Shown here: positions 46,460 through 55,810 of the stretch, in pieces
Layout of the letters: each line of letters begins with the position of its first letter
Numbering within the stretch: position 1 is the stretch's first letter
From: an uncultured Muribaculaceae bacterium
Lineage (GTDB): Bacteria > Bacteroidota > Bacteroidia > Bacteroidales > UBA932
Length of the DNA: 64,000 nucleotides
Direction of reading: 5' to 3'
Assembly: GCA_964394295.1 (NCBI GenBank)
Contig: CAYMVG010000004.1
Span: 27,433-91,432, forward strand
Translations under genes and position numbers: made by a program
The notes under the pieces: generated by a model
Database searches by the model: none
What the model was told of the DNA's origin: nothing
Seen by the model: the letters and a program-made list of their open reading frames with translations, nothing else

Positions 46460-49400
46460 TTATTTTTCCGCGTAGACTCTTACGTAATCGACATACATAT
46501 CAGTACCGTTTCCGTACCTTTCCAGGTCTATTCCCCATCCGCTGATTCCTCCTATGGCATAGTTTATAAGAAACAGATGCGGCCTGTCACGCGAGACGTC
46601 GTTGGTCGGATGCCGGAAAACCTCTATGTCATCGCAATAATAGACTGTATCATCGAGGTCTATGCGGACTGCGTATGTATGAAAAGTTGTCGACCAATAG
46701 GATTTGCCTCCTATTTCCATCATGGGAACCACACAGTCGCGGTAGCCCCTGTCCGTACCGTCAGGATTTTTCTGTCCCCAGAAATGGCTGCATATAGAAT
46801 AGCCGGGATGATTGGGATTTCCGGGACCGACTCCTCCGTATGCCTCAATGATATCAAGTTCGTCACCGTCTGAGTTTCTGTCTATTCCCGTTATGGTCCA
46901 GAAAGCAGGCCATGTTCCCGGAGCTGACTGCGCCGTAAAACGGCATTCGAGACAGCACGGTGCCTTTACCCAAAATCCTTCACCGTCCATATTTACCGAA
47001 GCGATAAGTCCGGAACTTCCATTTGTTCCTGGACGCTTGCGGGCGGCTATCTTCAGATATGTATCTCTCTGGAAAAAAGGATTGTCCGGTCCGTCGGCAT
47101 CCGCGAACTGCCAGCCGCTGAAATCACCGAAGCGCGGCTTGTGGGCGTTGTATCTCGCACCGCGGCCGTCATTGGATATGGAAAGAGGGCCGTCAAAGTC
47201 GTCTTCGAACACAAGTTTCAGTCCGTGCGCGCCGGCAGGAGTCCCGGCAGGAATACCCTGATTCCATTTCACTCCGCCCGTATTGTACAGCTGGAGTTCA
47301 AAAAAGTCTTTCTCTCCCCTGTCGTTGTGCGCATAGATACGCACATTCATCGGACCTGCAGGGAACTTGTCCGCATTGAATGTGAACGAGGCTGTGCCGT
47401 CCTTGCCTATCCGGAGTCCTTTTCGCGGTGTAAGGCATTCGTCATGCCCCCAAACAGACCTGTCAGACCTTGAAGGCTGCTGCCACAGCATCGCTCTGGC
47501 CTCGGTCATTCCCGGAGCACTGAACCTTACTGTCACTTTTCCTTTCACATCCGAGCGGCATTCAGGAGACAAGACTGAAATATTCTGTATCCATTCCGAA
47601 TTTTCACCGTCATTCTGACCATAGTTGAAATCCGCATACTGAGGATTCTTTACCGATACCGGAGTGGCTTTTTCTTTCTCCATTCCGAAAGACGGAGGAC
47701 AGTTTTCCGGAGCGGAAGCCCATCTTTCATTAGGATAACGCCCCATCTCGAGTTCGAGCGAGCCTCCGCTTACAATGTCATCGTGGGAAATCCACGAACA
47801 GTCCAAAGGTTTTCCGTTCAGTTTCGCACTTTGGATATATTTATTCTCCGGACTGTAGTTCAGACATTTGACTTTGAACTCTTTTCCGTCACCGACATCA
47901 AGTACGGATTCCTCGAAAACAGGGCTTGTGATGACATACATCGGCAATCCCGGTGTCACAGGATAAAATCCTATCATAGAGAACACAGCAAAAGAACTGA
48001 GGCCTCCTCCGTCTTCGTCTCCCGGCATTCCCATAAGGTCATTGCGGAACCACATATCCAACAGACTGCGTGTCCTTTTCTGGGTTTTCCACGGCTGGCC
48101 TGCATAATTATAAAGATAAGGAATATGCATACACGGTTCATTTCCCATCGAGAAATGGCCGACAAGCGCACTGTGGTCAGGGCTCTGCTTCCAGATGTCA
48201 TATTTTTTCAGAGGCATGGCAAACATCGTATCCAATTCGGCGGCAAATTTCTCACGTCCTCCCATAAGTGAAACGAGATCTTCCACATTGTGCCGGACAT
48301 CCCAGCGGTAGATATATCCGTTGTTCTCGTCATAGACATCTCTGAATCCGACTCCTCCGGAAGTGCAGTAATCGAAAGGTTCAAGGAATTTCCCGTTTTC
48401 ATCCCTGGGATGGAAAAAACCGGTGCCGCTGTTGAAAAGATTCCTGTAATCAAGTGCTCTCTTTGCATAATATTCAGCATCCTTTACGTTTCCGGCATAT
48501 TCCGCAATGTTTGAAAGACACCACATGTCGAATGACGTTCCCAAAGTAACGGCGACAGACTGACGCTTCTCGAACCAATGGATTTCCGGCTCGGTCTCCT
48601 TTTCTCCGTCAGGCAAGGCAGGATACCAGCCGTTCTCCGCATAAAAGCGGTCAAGCCTTGAGGCCTTGCAATAAGTCCACGGGGCAAGGGACTTGGTCTC
48701 CAACGTATTCTTGCCGATTCTGTAGGCCAGGTCGGCATCTATGTCGGTAAGCCCTTTCGCAAGACAGTCCGCGACAGCGGCAAGGCCGTGGCAGCAGTTC
48801 ATGGAGTGGCTGTCCCCGGTAACAAGAGGGAACATCGGATACCAGCCGTTCTCGGTCTGCGAACCGGCAATTATGGCGGAATTGACCATATCCATCTCCT
48901 TATGGGGGTCGATTATGGTGCGCAGAGGATGTGCCGCATGGTATGTGTCCCAGTACCAGTCATCGACATAGAAAGAACGTCCGTTATCTTCATGCACCGA
49001 GTTGTCGAAACCGCTGTAATACCGTCCGTCTTCGGAGATATTGACAGGCCGCTCATAAATCCTGTACAGGGCAGTGTAAAATGCCGTCTTCTCATCATCT
49101 GACCCTCCATGTACATCGATTTTCGAAAGCGTATTGTTCCATATCTTTTTTCCGGTCTCGGCTATTTCATCTACATTTTTCCCTTCAACTTCACGCTTCA
49201 TGTTGGCCTTTGCCTGGTCTGCGCTTATAAAGGATACCCCGTATCTGATGTCGATTCTGCCGCTGTCGAATCCAAGGGCAATCTTTCTGCCGGACAGGAT
49301 CTTCACTTCCGACGGTTCCTGCACTGTCTCAAGATAAAGCCATGCACGGGCATTGTTCTGCAGGGACTGATATCCGCTGACTGCATTTCCGCAGGCGGTA

Positions 49401-49876
49401 AGCATTCCGTCAAAAGAATTCACGACAATGAAACGGCGGCCGTCTCCGAGAAAATCAATGCTGTACATTGCCGATTGGTGCGACGGGGCATAGTGGATGT
49501 CTGCCTTTGCATTTTCGAGAAAAACATCGTATCTGTACGGACTTATCTTCTCGAAATCATAACTGTATGACAGATTTCCGTCGAGTGTCTCCTCATCATT
49601 CCACGGACAGATGCTGAATGCCTGCGCCCCTCTGTGAGAAGTCAGAAAGACCGGCAGTCCCGACATCCTGTCATCAGTAAATTCTCCGCGCAGCGGCACA
49701 GCACGAAGCATACTGTTAGGAAGATGCACTGTTGGAAAGGTCGGGACAAGCAAATGACTGATATTGCCTATATACGGATTCACCCGGTCAACAGGTGTCT
49801 TTTCCTGCCGGCAGCAGCCCGCCACAGCAAAAACAAGGACAGCAAATGCCGAAAATATGCGTTCTGTTTTCTTCAC
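46460..49876 (-). CDS. GH92 alpha-mannosidase fused to an Ig-like domain and a GH16 domain
   Basis: GTG start and lipobox. GH92 motifs FYTALY, WDTY, GNEP..HIPYLY and PGDEDGG. C-terminal FEDDF...GTWPAFW...ELDIIE...FH.Y...M.VDYVRVY. Confidence 0.88.
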   Translation of the reverse strand: MKKTERIFSAFAVLVFAVAGCCRQEKTPVDRVNPYIGNISHLLVPTFPTVHLPNSMLRAVPLRGEFTDDRMSGLPVFLTSHRGAQAFSICPWNDEETLDGNLSYSYDFEKISPYRYDVFLENAKADIHYAPSHQSAMYSIDFLGDGRRFIVVNSFDGMLTACGNAVSGYQSLQNNARAWLYLETVQEPSEVKILSGRKIALGFDSGRIDIRYGVSFISADQAKANMKREVEGKNVDEIAETGKKIWNNTLSKIDVHGGSDDEKTAFYTALYRIYERPVNISEDGRYYSGFDNSVHEDNGRSFYVDDWYWDTYHAAHPLRTIIDPHKEMDMVNSAIIAGSQTENGWYPMFPLVTGDSHSMNCCHGLAAVADCLAKGLTDIDADLAYRIGKNTLETKSLAPWTYCKASRLDRFYAENGWYPALPDGEKETEPEIHWFEKRQSVAVTLGTSFDMWCLSNIAEYAGNVKDAEYYAKRALDYRNLFNSGTGFFHPRDENGKFLEPFDYCTSGGVGFRDVYDENNGYIYRWDVRHNVEDLVSLMGGREKFAAELDTMFAMPLKKYDIWKQSPDHSALVGHFSMGNEPCMHIPYLYNYAGQPWKTQKRTRSLLDMWFRNDLMGMPGDEDGGGLSSFAVFSMIGFYPVTPGLPMYVITSPVFEESVLDVGDGKEFKVKCLNYSPENKYIQSAKLNGKPLDCSWISHDDIVSGGSLELEMGRYPNERWASAPENCPPSFGMEKEKATPVSVKNPQYADFNYGQNDGENSEWIQNISVLSPECRSDVKGKVTVRFSAPGMTEARAMLWQQPSRSDRSVWGHDECLTPRKGLRIGKDGTASFTFNADKFPAGPMNVRIYAHNDRGEKDFFELQLYNTGGVKWNQGIPAGTPAGAHGLKLVFEDDFDGPLSISNDGRGARYNAHKPRFGDFSGWQFADADGPDNPFFQRDTYLKIAARKRPGTNGSSGLIASVNMDGEGFWVKAPCCLECRFTAQSAPGTWPAFWTITGIDRNSDGDELDIIEAYGGVGPGNPNHPGYSICSHFWGQKNPDGTDRGYRDCVVPMMEIGGKSYWSTTFHTYAVRIDLDDTVYYCDDIEVFRHPTNDVSRDRPHLFLINYAIGGISGWGIDLERYGNGTDMYVDYVRVYAEK

Positions 49877-49906
49877 CTTTTGAATAATTAATTATAAAAC
49901 ATCGTA

Positions 49907-52090
49907 TTATATATTAGGGACGGAAGACATTTTATAGACAAGCTCGCCCCCTGACATAATTTCACCGTATGTAATGATATTCCCTTCGAGACGTCTGCCG
50001 TTCAGTCTGGCCTCCCTTACATACTTGTTTTCGCCGGAAAGGCCTGCGGCCTTGATGTCGAGCACTTTTCCGTCAGGAAGGTGAAGGCGTATTCCCGGTA
50101 TCTGAGGAGCACCGATCACATATTCGCCGGAGATGCTGTCCACAGGATAGAAGCCCATTGCAGAGAATATGTACCAGGCAGACATCTGGCCGCAGTCATC
50201 GTTGCCGCAGAGTCCGTCCGGACGCGGGTGATAGAATTTATCGAAAATATCGCGTACAATTTCAGCTGTACGCGCATTCTCTCCAAGCAGGCTGTACAGA
50301 TAGGCGACATGGTGGCTCGGCTCGTTGCCGTGCGCATACTGGCCTATGAGTCCGGTCACATCTCCAGTAAATCCCGTTTCTTCGGCCCGTGTTTCTATGA
50401 CAAACAGCGAATCGAGCCTGGCAAGGAAGGCTTCTTTTCCTCCCATCAGTCCGGCAAGTCCGTCAATATCGTGCATCACATGCCATGTGTACTGCCAGGC
50501 ATTTCCCTCGGTATAGTCACCTCCGGCAGTTCCTCCATGCGACAAATGAAATTTGTCAAAAGGTGTCCTCCAGTTTCCTTTGCTGTCCTTTCCCCTTATC
50601 AGGCCGTTTTCCTTGTCGAACAGGTTTTTCCAATAACCGGCCCTTTTAATGAAAAAGCTGTAGTCGCCGTCCAGCCCCAGGGACTGCGCGAGCATGGCGG
50701 CGCAATAGTCATCGTATCCGCATTCAAGTGTCCTCGAGGCAGATTCTTCTTTTATAATGTCGAACGGATAATATCCGTATTTGTCATATATGTCCCAGTC
50801 TGCCCTGTAATGCGGCTCTGTCAATGACTTCTTTATCGCGGCAAAAGCCCTTTCAGGGTCGACTCCGGGAAGTTTTTTGAGACAGGCATCCACAAGCACC
50901 GGTACAGCATGGTTTCCTATCATGCAATAATTCTCCTTTCCCCAGAGTGCCCATATAGGCAGAAAGCCCTGGACGTCGCTGTGGTCGATCATATTATTTG
51001 CCATGGAAGCGGCAAGTTCAGGAAGCACAAGGGTATAGAAAGGATGGGCTGCGCGGAATGTATCCCAAAGAGAGAAAGTGGAGAAATATTTTCCGCCATC
51101 TGCCGTACGCACATTGTCATCGGCACCGCGGTATCTGCCGCTTGCATCGGCAATATTGTTAGGCTGTATCAGCAGGTGATAGAAAGATGTGTAGAAATTC
51201 GCAAGCTGCTCATCGGAACCTGAAACTTCTATCAGATGAAAATATCTGTTCCATTCCGCATTTGCCGCAGCACGTACTGAATTGAAATCCCAGCCCGGAA
51301 CCTCAACGGCCATGTTTGCTTTGGCCTCATCGACACTTACCGTCGACATTGCCACTTTTACGGTCAGTTCCCTGCAGTTCTCCGGAAACATGAAGATATA
51401 TTTGGGAGCCTTGTGCAGAGGAGAGCCGGCAACCCGGACCGTGTCCTTGACAGGCGCACTGAATTCAATGGCATAATAGAAATGCCTTGTCACCCATCCG
51501 GTCACATAATGATGTCCTGTAATCAGCATCGGGCTTTCGATATTAACCTCTGCCTCAAGTACATGACTGTCATATTGTCTTTCGGAACTTGTCTGGGCGG
51601 TCTGGAAATCCACGAAAAGCCCGGCCATGTCGCTTTTGTATACATATCTGTGCATGGCCACATGAGGGCTGCACGTCAATTCGACATCCACTTTGTTGTC
51701 GGTGAGCGACACACTGTAGTACCCCGGTGAAGCAAACTCTGTGTCCCTGTCCCATGCGCTGCGGAAATCAGGATTGGTAGCCTCTGAAAACGGCATCATC
51801 ATCAGGTCGCCGAGATCAGGGCAGCCGGTGCCGTTGAGGTGGTTCTGCCCGAACCCCCATATACAGCTGTCGTCATTATTATAGCCGCTGCAATGCTCCC
51901 AGTCATAGTTTCCGGTATGGGGACTCGGCTGCATAAACCCGAAAGGCCAGGCAGCCCCTGGAAATGTATGGCCTGTATAGGCCGTGCCCACCATCGGGTC
52001 TGCATACTGCGCAAAATCACTGTCTCCACTGCATGAAACAAGCAGCACAGAAAACAAAAATGCGGTAAATATCCTTTTTGCCTGTTTCAT
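49907..52090 (-). CDS. GH92 alpha-mannosidase
   Basis: GHTFPGA..PFG, FSLWDTFRA, YTEGNAWQY, HGNEPSHH and GNDDCGQMSAW. Lipobox VSC. Confidence 0.95.
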   Translation of the reverse strand: MKQAKRIFTAFLFSVLLVSCSGDSDFAQYADPMVGTAYTGHTFPGAAWPFGFMQPSPHTGNYDWEHCSGYNNDDSCIWGFGQNHLNGTGCPDLGDLMMMPFSEATNPDFRSAWDRDTEFASPGYYSVSLTDNKVDVELTCSPHVAMHRYVYKSDMAGLFVDFQTAQTSSERQYDSHVLEAEVNIESPMLITGHHYVTGWVTRHFYYAIEFSAPVKDTVRVAGSPLHKAPKYIFMFPENCRELTVKVAMSTVSVDEAKANMAVEVPGWDFNSVRAAANAEWNRYFHLIEVSGSDEQLANFYTSFYHLLIQPNNIADASGRYRGADDNVRTADGGKYFSTFSLWDTFRAAHPFYTLVLPELAASMANNMIDHSDVQGFLPIWALWGKENYCMIGNHAVPVLVDACLKKLPGVDPERAFAAIKKSLTEPHYRADWDIYDKYGYYPFDIIKEESASRTLECGYDDYCAAMLAQSLGLDGDYSFFIKRAGYWKNLFDKENGLIRGKDSKGNWRTPFDKFHLSHGGTAGGDYTEGNAWQYTWHVMHDIDGLAGLMGGKEAFLARLDSLFVIETRAEETGFTGDVTGLIGQYAHGNEPSHHVAYLYSLLGENARTAEIVRDIFDKFYHPRPDGLCGNDDCGQMSAWYIFSAMGFYPVDSISGEYVIGAPQIPGIRLHLPDGKVLDIKAAGLSGENKYVREARLNGRRLEGNIITYGEIMSGGELVYKMSSVPNI

Positions 52091-52091
52091 A

Positions 52092-53450
52092 CTATTTGAA
52101 TTCAAGTATATAAGGATGATTCGTCATGGTAAGCTCCACTGCCGACACACTGTTTTCCGTTCTTATCGCATCTGTACCCTTGACAGGATTATAAATGTTT
52201 ATTTCTCCGTATTCCTTGTCAAGTTTTACGGTAATCTCGTCCTTGCCTCCGGAATAGCGCTCGCCCCACACGACAAGTTCATACGTGCCGTCATATTTCT
52301 GGAGCAGGAGAGTATGCACTGTCTCCGGCTTGTCAGGAATCGAGAACGCCAGACGTCCCGGATTCTCTATCGATTTGTCATCCTTGAGGATAGTTGTCAT
52401 ATTGTGCAGATAATGAGCTGAAAGTCTCGGCCTGTAGTCAGTAGTGTAGAAGCCGAAAGTCTGGTTGCCGGACTCATCGGAACGGTCTCTGAGAATATAC
52501 ATGGAAGTATATTCCCAGCCGCGGGCATACTGCGCGAGGTAGCACGAAAGATACATGAGTCCCTGGATTTCTTCTGTTACAGGACCGTTTTCACCGTCGA
52601 TCGTCGTGCCGGTTTCTGTCGTGACCTTGCGCAGCTGCATACATTCCTGCTCGGTATAACCCTGATATTTTCTGGCCCAGGTCAGGCCGTTATTGCCGTA
52701 CAGACCGTCAACTTTGCAGGCTGATGACGGGTCCGAGGCCATCCATGTCTGGTTGTCTGAAAGTGCCGGCCATGAAGGATGCACAAAATAATTATGTACA
52801 TTCGCGACATCGGCAAAGGTTGTTCCGGCAGGCAAAAGACAGCCGGCGCCGGCAGGAATCGTAAGAAACTGCACGCCTACGTTGTCCGTTTCCGCACCGG
52901 CCTCGGTAAGAGACCAGACATCCACGTCGGCAAGCTCCGGATCAGCCTTGATCGCAGCATAGAAATCCCTGTGCAGCTTTGCCACAGGCATCCATGAACC
53001 TGCGCCTCCTCCCTGCTCGCCTTCATAATAGATAGTCCAGTTGTTAGGCTCGTTGTTGCCTTCCATTGCAATCAGTGCGCCTCTTCTTTTGAGATATTTT
53101 GCCGCCTCTATCACTTTCTCCTTGTCCCCGTCCCTGGAACCTGTACCGATTGCCATGGAAAACTTTATGCCGGCATTGTCAATCAGATAGTCAAAACTTG
53201 AATATCCCTGGTTTCCATATCCGCTCCTTATCCACCTTGCACCGATATACTGCACGCATTCAAGGGTCTTTTCAAGACTTTCTCCACGGGTGTCGATGGA
53301 GGTATTGACACCTATGCTCGCAAGAAAGTCATTGGCAGGAACAGCCGTATAGACTTCATCAGAAGGTATCAAATAATCATCGTATGAAATCTTGCCGTCG
53401 CACGCAGCAAGAAGCGCCAGAGTCAGAAATAATGATGTCATCTTATTCAT
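52092..53450 (-). CDS. Putative clan GH-A glycoside hydrolase lipoprotein, family unassigned
   Basis: Lipobox LAAC, EGNNEPN (NEP acid/base), N.H.Y and TTETG (candidate nucleophile), with a C-terminal beta-sandwich. Confidence 0.7.
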   Translation of the reverse strand: MNKMTSLFLTLALLAACDGKISYDDYLIPSDEVYTAVPANDFLASIGVNTSIDTRGESLEKTLECVQYIGARWIRSGYGNQGYSSFDYLIDNAGIKFSMAIGTGSRDGDKEKVIEAAKYLKRRGALIAMEGNNEPNNWTIYYEGEQGGGAGSWMPVAKLHRDFYAAIKADPELADVDVWSLTEAGAETDNVGVQFLTIPAGAGCLLPAGTTFADVANVHNYFVHPSWPALSDNQTWMASDPSSACKVDGLYGNNGLTWARKYQGYTEQECMQLRKVTTETGTTIDGENGPVTEEIQGLMYLSCYLAQYARGWEYTSMYILRDRSDESGNQTFGFYTTDYRPRLSAHYLHNMTTILKDDKSIENPGRLAFSIPDKPETVHTLLLQKYDGTYELVVWGERYSGGKDEITVKLDKEYGEINIYNPVKGTDAIRTENSVSAVELTMTNHPYILEFK

Positions 53451-53468
53451 ATTTTAAACTTTTTCATT

Positions 53469-54053
53469 TTATATATTATCGAAAATGGAGGTATCTATGA
53501 TTACGACAAGCCTGCTGCAGTCCTCATTCAGCTCTCTGTCCTGCGTATCTATGGAAACTCCGAATGCAAGCAGCCGTCCTCTCATACGGCTGTCCATGAG
53601 ATAATCGAGGTCTATCACGACATTGAATGAGGCGCCTGAACAGCCGTCAGGTATGACAACTTTCTCAACGCACTCCCTCAAATCCACAGGTACTGTCTCC
53701 GTATCCGGGTCGAGGTCACCTGAAATAATCAGGTCATATACGGCATCGTCATCCATAAATATGTCCACATTCACATCTCCGCCATTGTCCACTCCCGACC
53801 TGTAGACAGACAGCGGTACAGAGAACGTATATTCGTCATAGTCGATGACAAACCTGTACGGAGCACCCTCTGTCGGAGTGAACCCGGCATTTTCCTCAGC
53901 CTTATCGATAAGATATACCGCAGAGGATACTGCTGCAGGAAGATATATCTTCTGGGCAGGATATTCTGCATCCGCCACTTTGATGCCGCATGAAGAAAGC
54001 GTCAAGGCTGCAGCTGCGGCGGCACTGTACATTATTTTTCGCGAAATATTCAT
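53469..54053 (-). CDS. DUF1735-like surface lipoprotein (SusE position)
   Basis: Lipobox LSSC, IYLP, VPLSVYRSG and V.IPDG...F. Lies directly after susD. Confidence 0.7.
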   Translation of the reverse strand: MNISRKIMYSAAAAAALTLSSCGIKVADAEYPAQKIYLPAAVSSAVYLIDKAEENAGFTPTEGAPYRFVIDYDEYTFSVPLSVYRSGVDNGGDVNVDIFMDDDAVYDLIISGDLDPDTETVPVDLRECVEKVVIPDGCSGASFNVVIDLDYLMDSRMRGRLLAFGVSIDTQDRELNEDCSRLVVIIDTSIFDNI

Positions 54054-54085
54054 ATGTCGATATCTTTTCATATATTTAAGGACGG

Positions 54086-55810
54086 CTACCAGAGCGGATT
54101 CTGCAGCCATCCGCTGATATTCAGATCTGTCTGCGGAATAGGATACAGGTACATTTTCGTCTCGAAAGTCCTGTTCTCTACAACCACCGGCGAATAAAGC
54201 CAGCTCTGTGAATTCTGCTGTATGTCCACACCCATAAGCGGAGATCCGAGAGCCTCCCCGGCAATCATCCATCTGCGGACATCGAACATCCGGTGTCCCT
54301 CGAAGGCAAGCTCGACCCTCCTTTCATTGCGTATCCTCTTGCGCAGTTCATCCCTGGATACGGAAGACGGAATAGCCGGCATTTCGACACTGCGGCGCCT
54401 GCGTATCATGTTGACAGCTTCAAGGGCAGTCATACCGTATCCGTGCGCATCCGAAGGTCCGTATGCCTCATTCATGGCCTCGGCATAATTCAGATACATC
54501 TCGGCAAGGCGGAATATTATCCATGCGTGCACTGTTCCCCTTCCCTGGAGCAGATTGACTTCCGGATCCACATACTTCTTAAGATAATATCCTGTCTTGG
54601 TGGCATTTACCACTCCTTTGCCGTCACGTCCGCCTTCGAATATCTCCATTGTACGGTCCTTGAATACCGAACCGTTTGTAATGACAGTAAAGCCGAGACG
54701 TGGATCGCGGTCTGCATACGGTTTGTCGGCCATTGAACTGTCATTCCAGTCGAAAGTCTTGCCGGACTTTGTTTCGAACGCATCCACGAGGTTCTGCGAA
54801 GGACCTGTTCCGCTGTTGCCGTTGTCAAATCCGACAGAATAGTTTGCTGACTCGAAAGACCAGCTGCTCCCGTAGCGGCGCACGAAAATCGCCTCATTGT
54901 TGCTGTATGATTTCAGGAAGATGTCAGGATAATTGGTCAGCAGCGTATATCTCGCCTCTTTCAGATCGAGCACGGCTTTGGCGGCCCGTGCAGCTGCATC
55001 CCATCTGTCTTTTCTGTCGGTATCGTCCGGCATGCATATCAGTTCGGGACGTTCATAGCCTCCGGCCCATGAGGCGTCGTTGAACAGGTCGCTTGCCGCA
55101 AACAGCAATGCACGGCTCTTAAGCGCCAGTACTGCACCTTTCGTCACCCGTCCCGTTTCTCCGCTCTCGTGTACTGCCGGAAGCTCCGGGGCTATTTCAT
55201 CGCATTCCGAAACGATAAAGCCAATACATTCTTCAAGACTGTTCCTGTCTATTCCGGAATAATCGTCATCCACGCTGTATGTCCTTTCAAGAATAGGAAC
55301 TCCGCCATACCGCTCTACAAGCTCGAAATAGAAGAAAGCCCTAAGGAAACGGGCCTCCAGCTTCGCCCTTTCGATATTGTTCATATAAAGCTCGAATTTC
55401 GCCTGCTCATTCTGGTCCGGATCGTATCTGAGATAATCCAGATTTACATCGTCAGACTTCTCGAGGAAAAGATTGGCTGCATAGATTCCGTTGAAACATC
55501 TGTTCCATGCTCCGTCCGGATTGCTGAGATAGCTCCATGAACCTGTATTGAACTTATGTACAGAACTTGCCTCTGAAGTATGCTCGGCCTCGTCGCAGGC
55601 AGATGCCAGCATCGCTCCCCCTATATATGAAAATCCGTCAGGAAGATAGGTATATATGGCATTGGCCCGTCCCATCGTATTGTTGTAGGTCCTTATCACA
55701 TCCTCCTCTGTAAGCGAAAGTTCAAGTTCCGGATTCATGTCGCATGACACGGCGGCCAGTACAGGAAGAATGAACGGAAGAATATATTTTATCTTGTTGC
55801 CCATGGTCAT
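54086..55810 (-). CDS. SusD/RagB family lipoprotein
   Basis: EARFLRAFFYFEL...YGGVP, RDPR, RLAEMYLNYAEA, ERRVELAFEG.R..D.RRW and QNP.W. Confidence 0.95.
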   Translation of the reverse strand: MTMGNKIKYILPFILPVLAAVSCDMNPELELSLTEEDVIRTYNNTMGRANAIYTYLPDGFSYIGGAMLASACDEAEHTSEASSVHKFNTGSWSYLSNPDGAWNRCFNGIYAANLFLEKSDDVNLDYLRYDPDQNEQAKFELYMNNIERAKLEARFLRAFFYFELVERYGGVPILERTYSVDDDYSGIDRNSLEECIGFIVSECDEIAPELPAVHESGETGRVTKGAVLALKSRALLFAASDLFNDASWAGGYERPELICMPDDTDRKDRWDAAARAAKAVLDLKEARYTLLTNYPDIFLKSYSNNEAIFVRRYGSSWSFESANYSVGFDNGNSGTGPSQNLVDAFETKSGKTFDWNDSSMADKPYADRDPRLGFTVITNGSVFKDRTMEIFEGGRDGKGVVNATKTGYYLKKYVDPEVNLLQGRGTVHAWIIFRLAEMYLNYAEAMNEAYGPSDAHGYGMTALEAVNMIRRRRSVEMPAIPSSVSRDELRKRIRNERRVELAFEGHRMFDVRRWMIAGEALGSPLMGVDIQQNSQSWLYSPVVVENRTFETKMYLYPIPQTDLNISGWLQNPLW

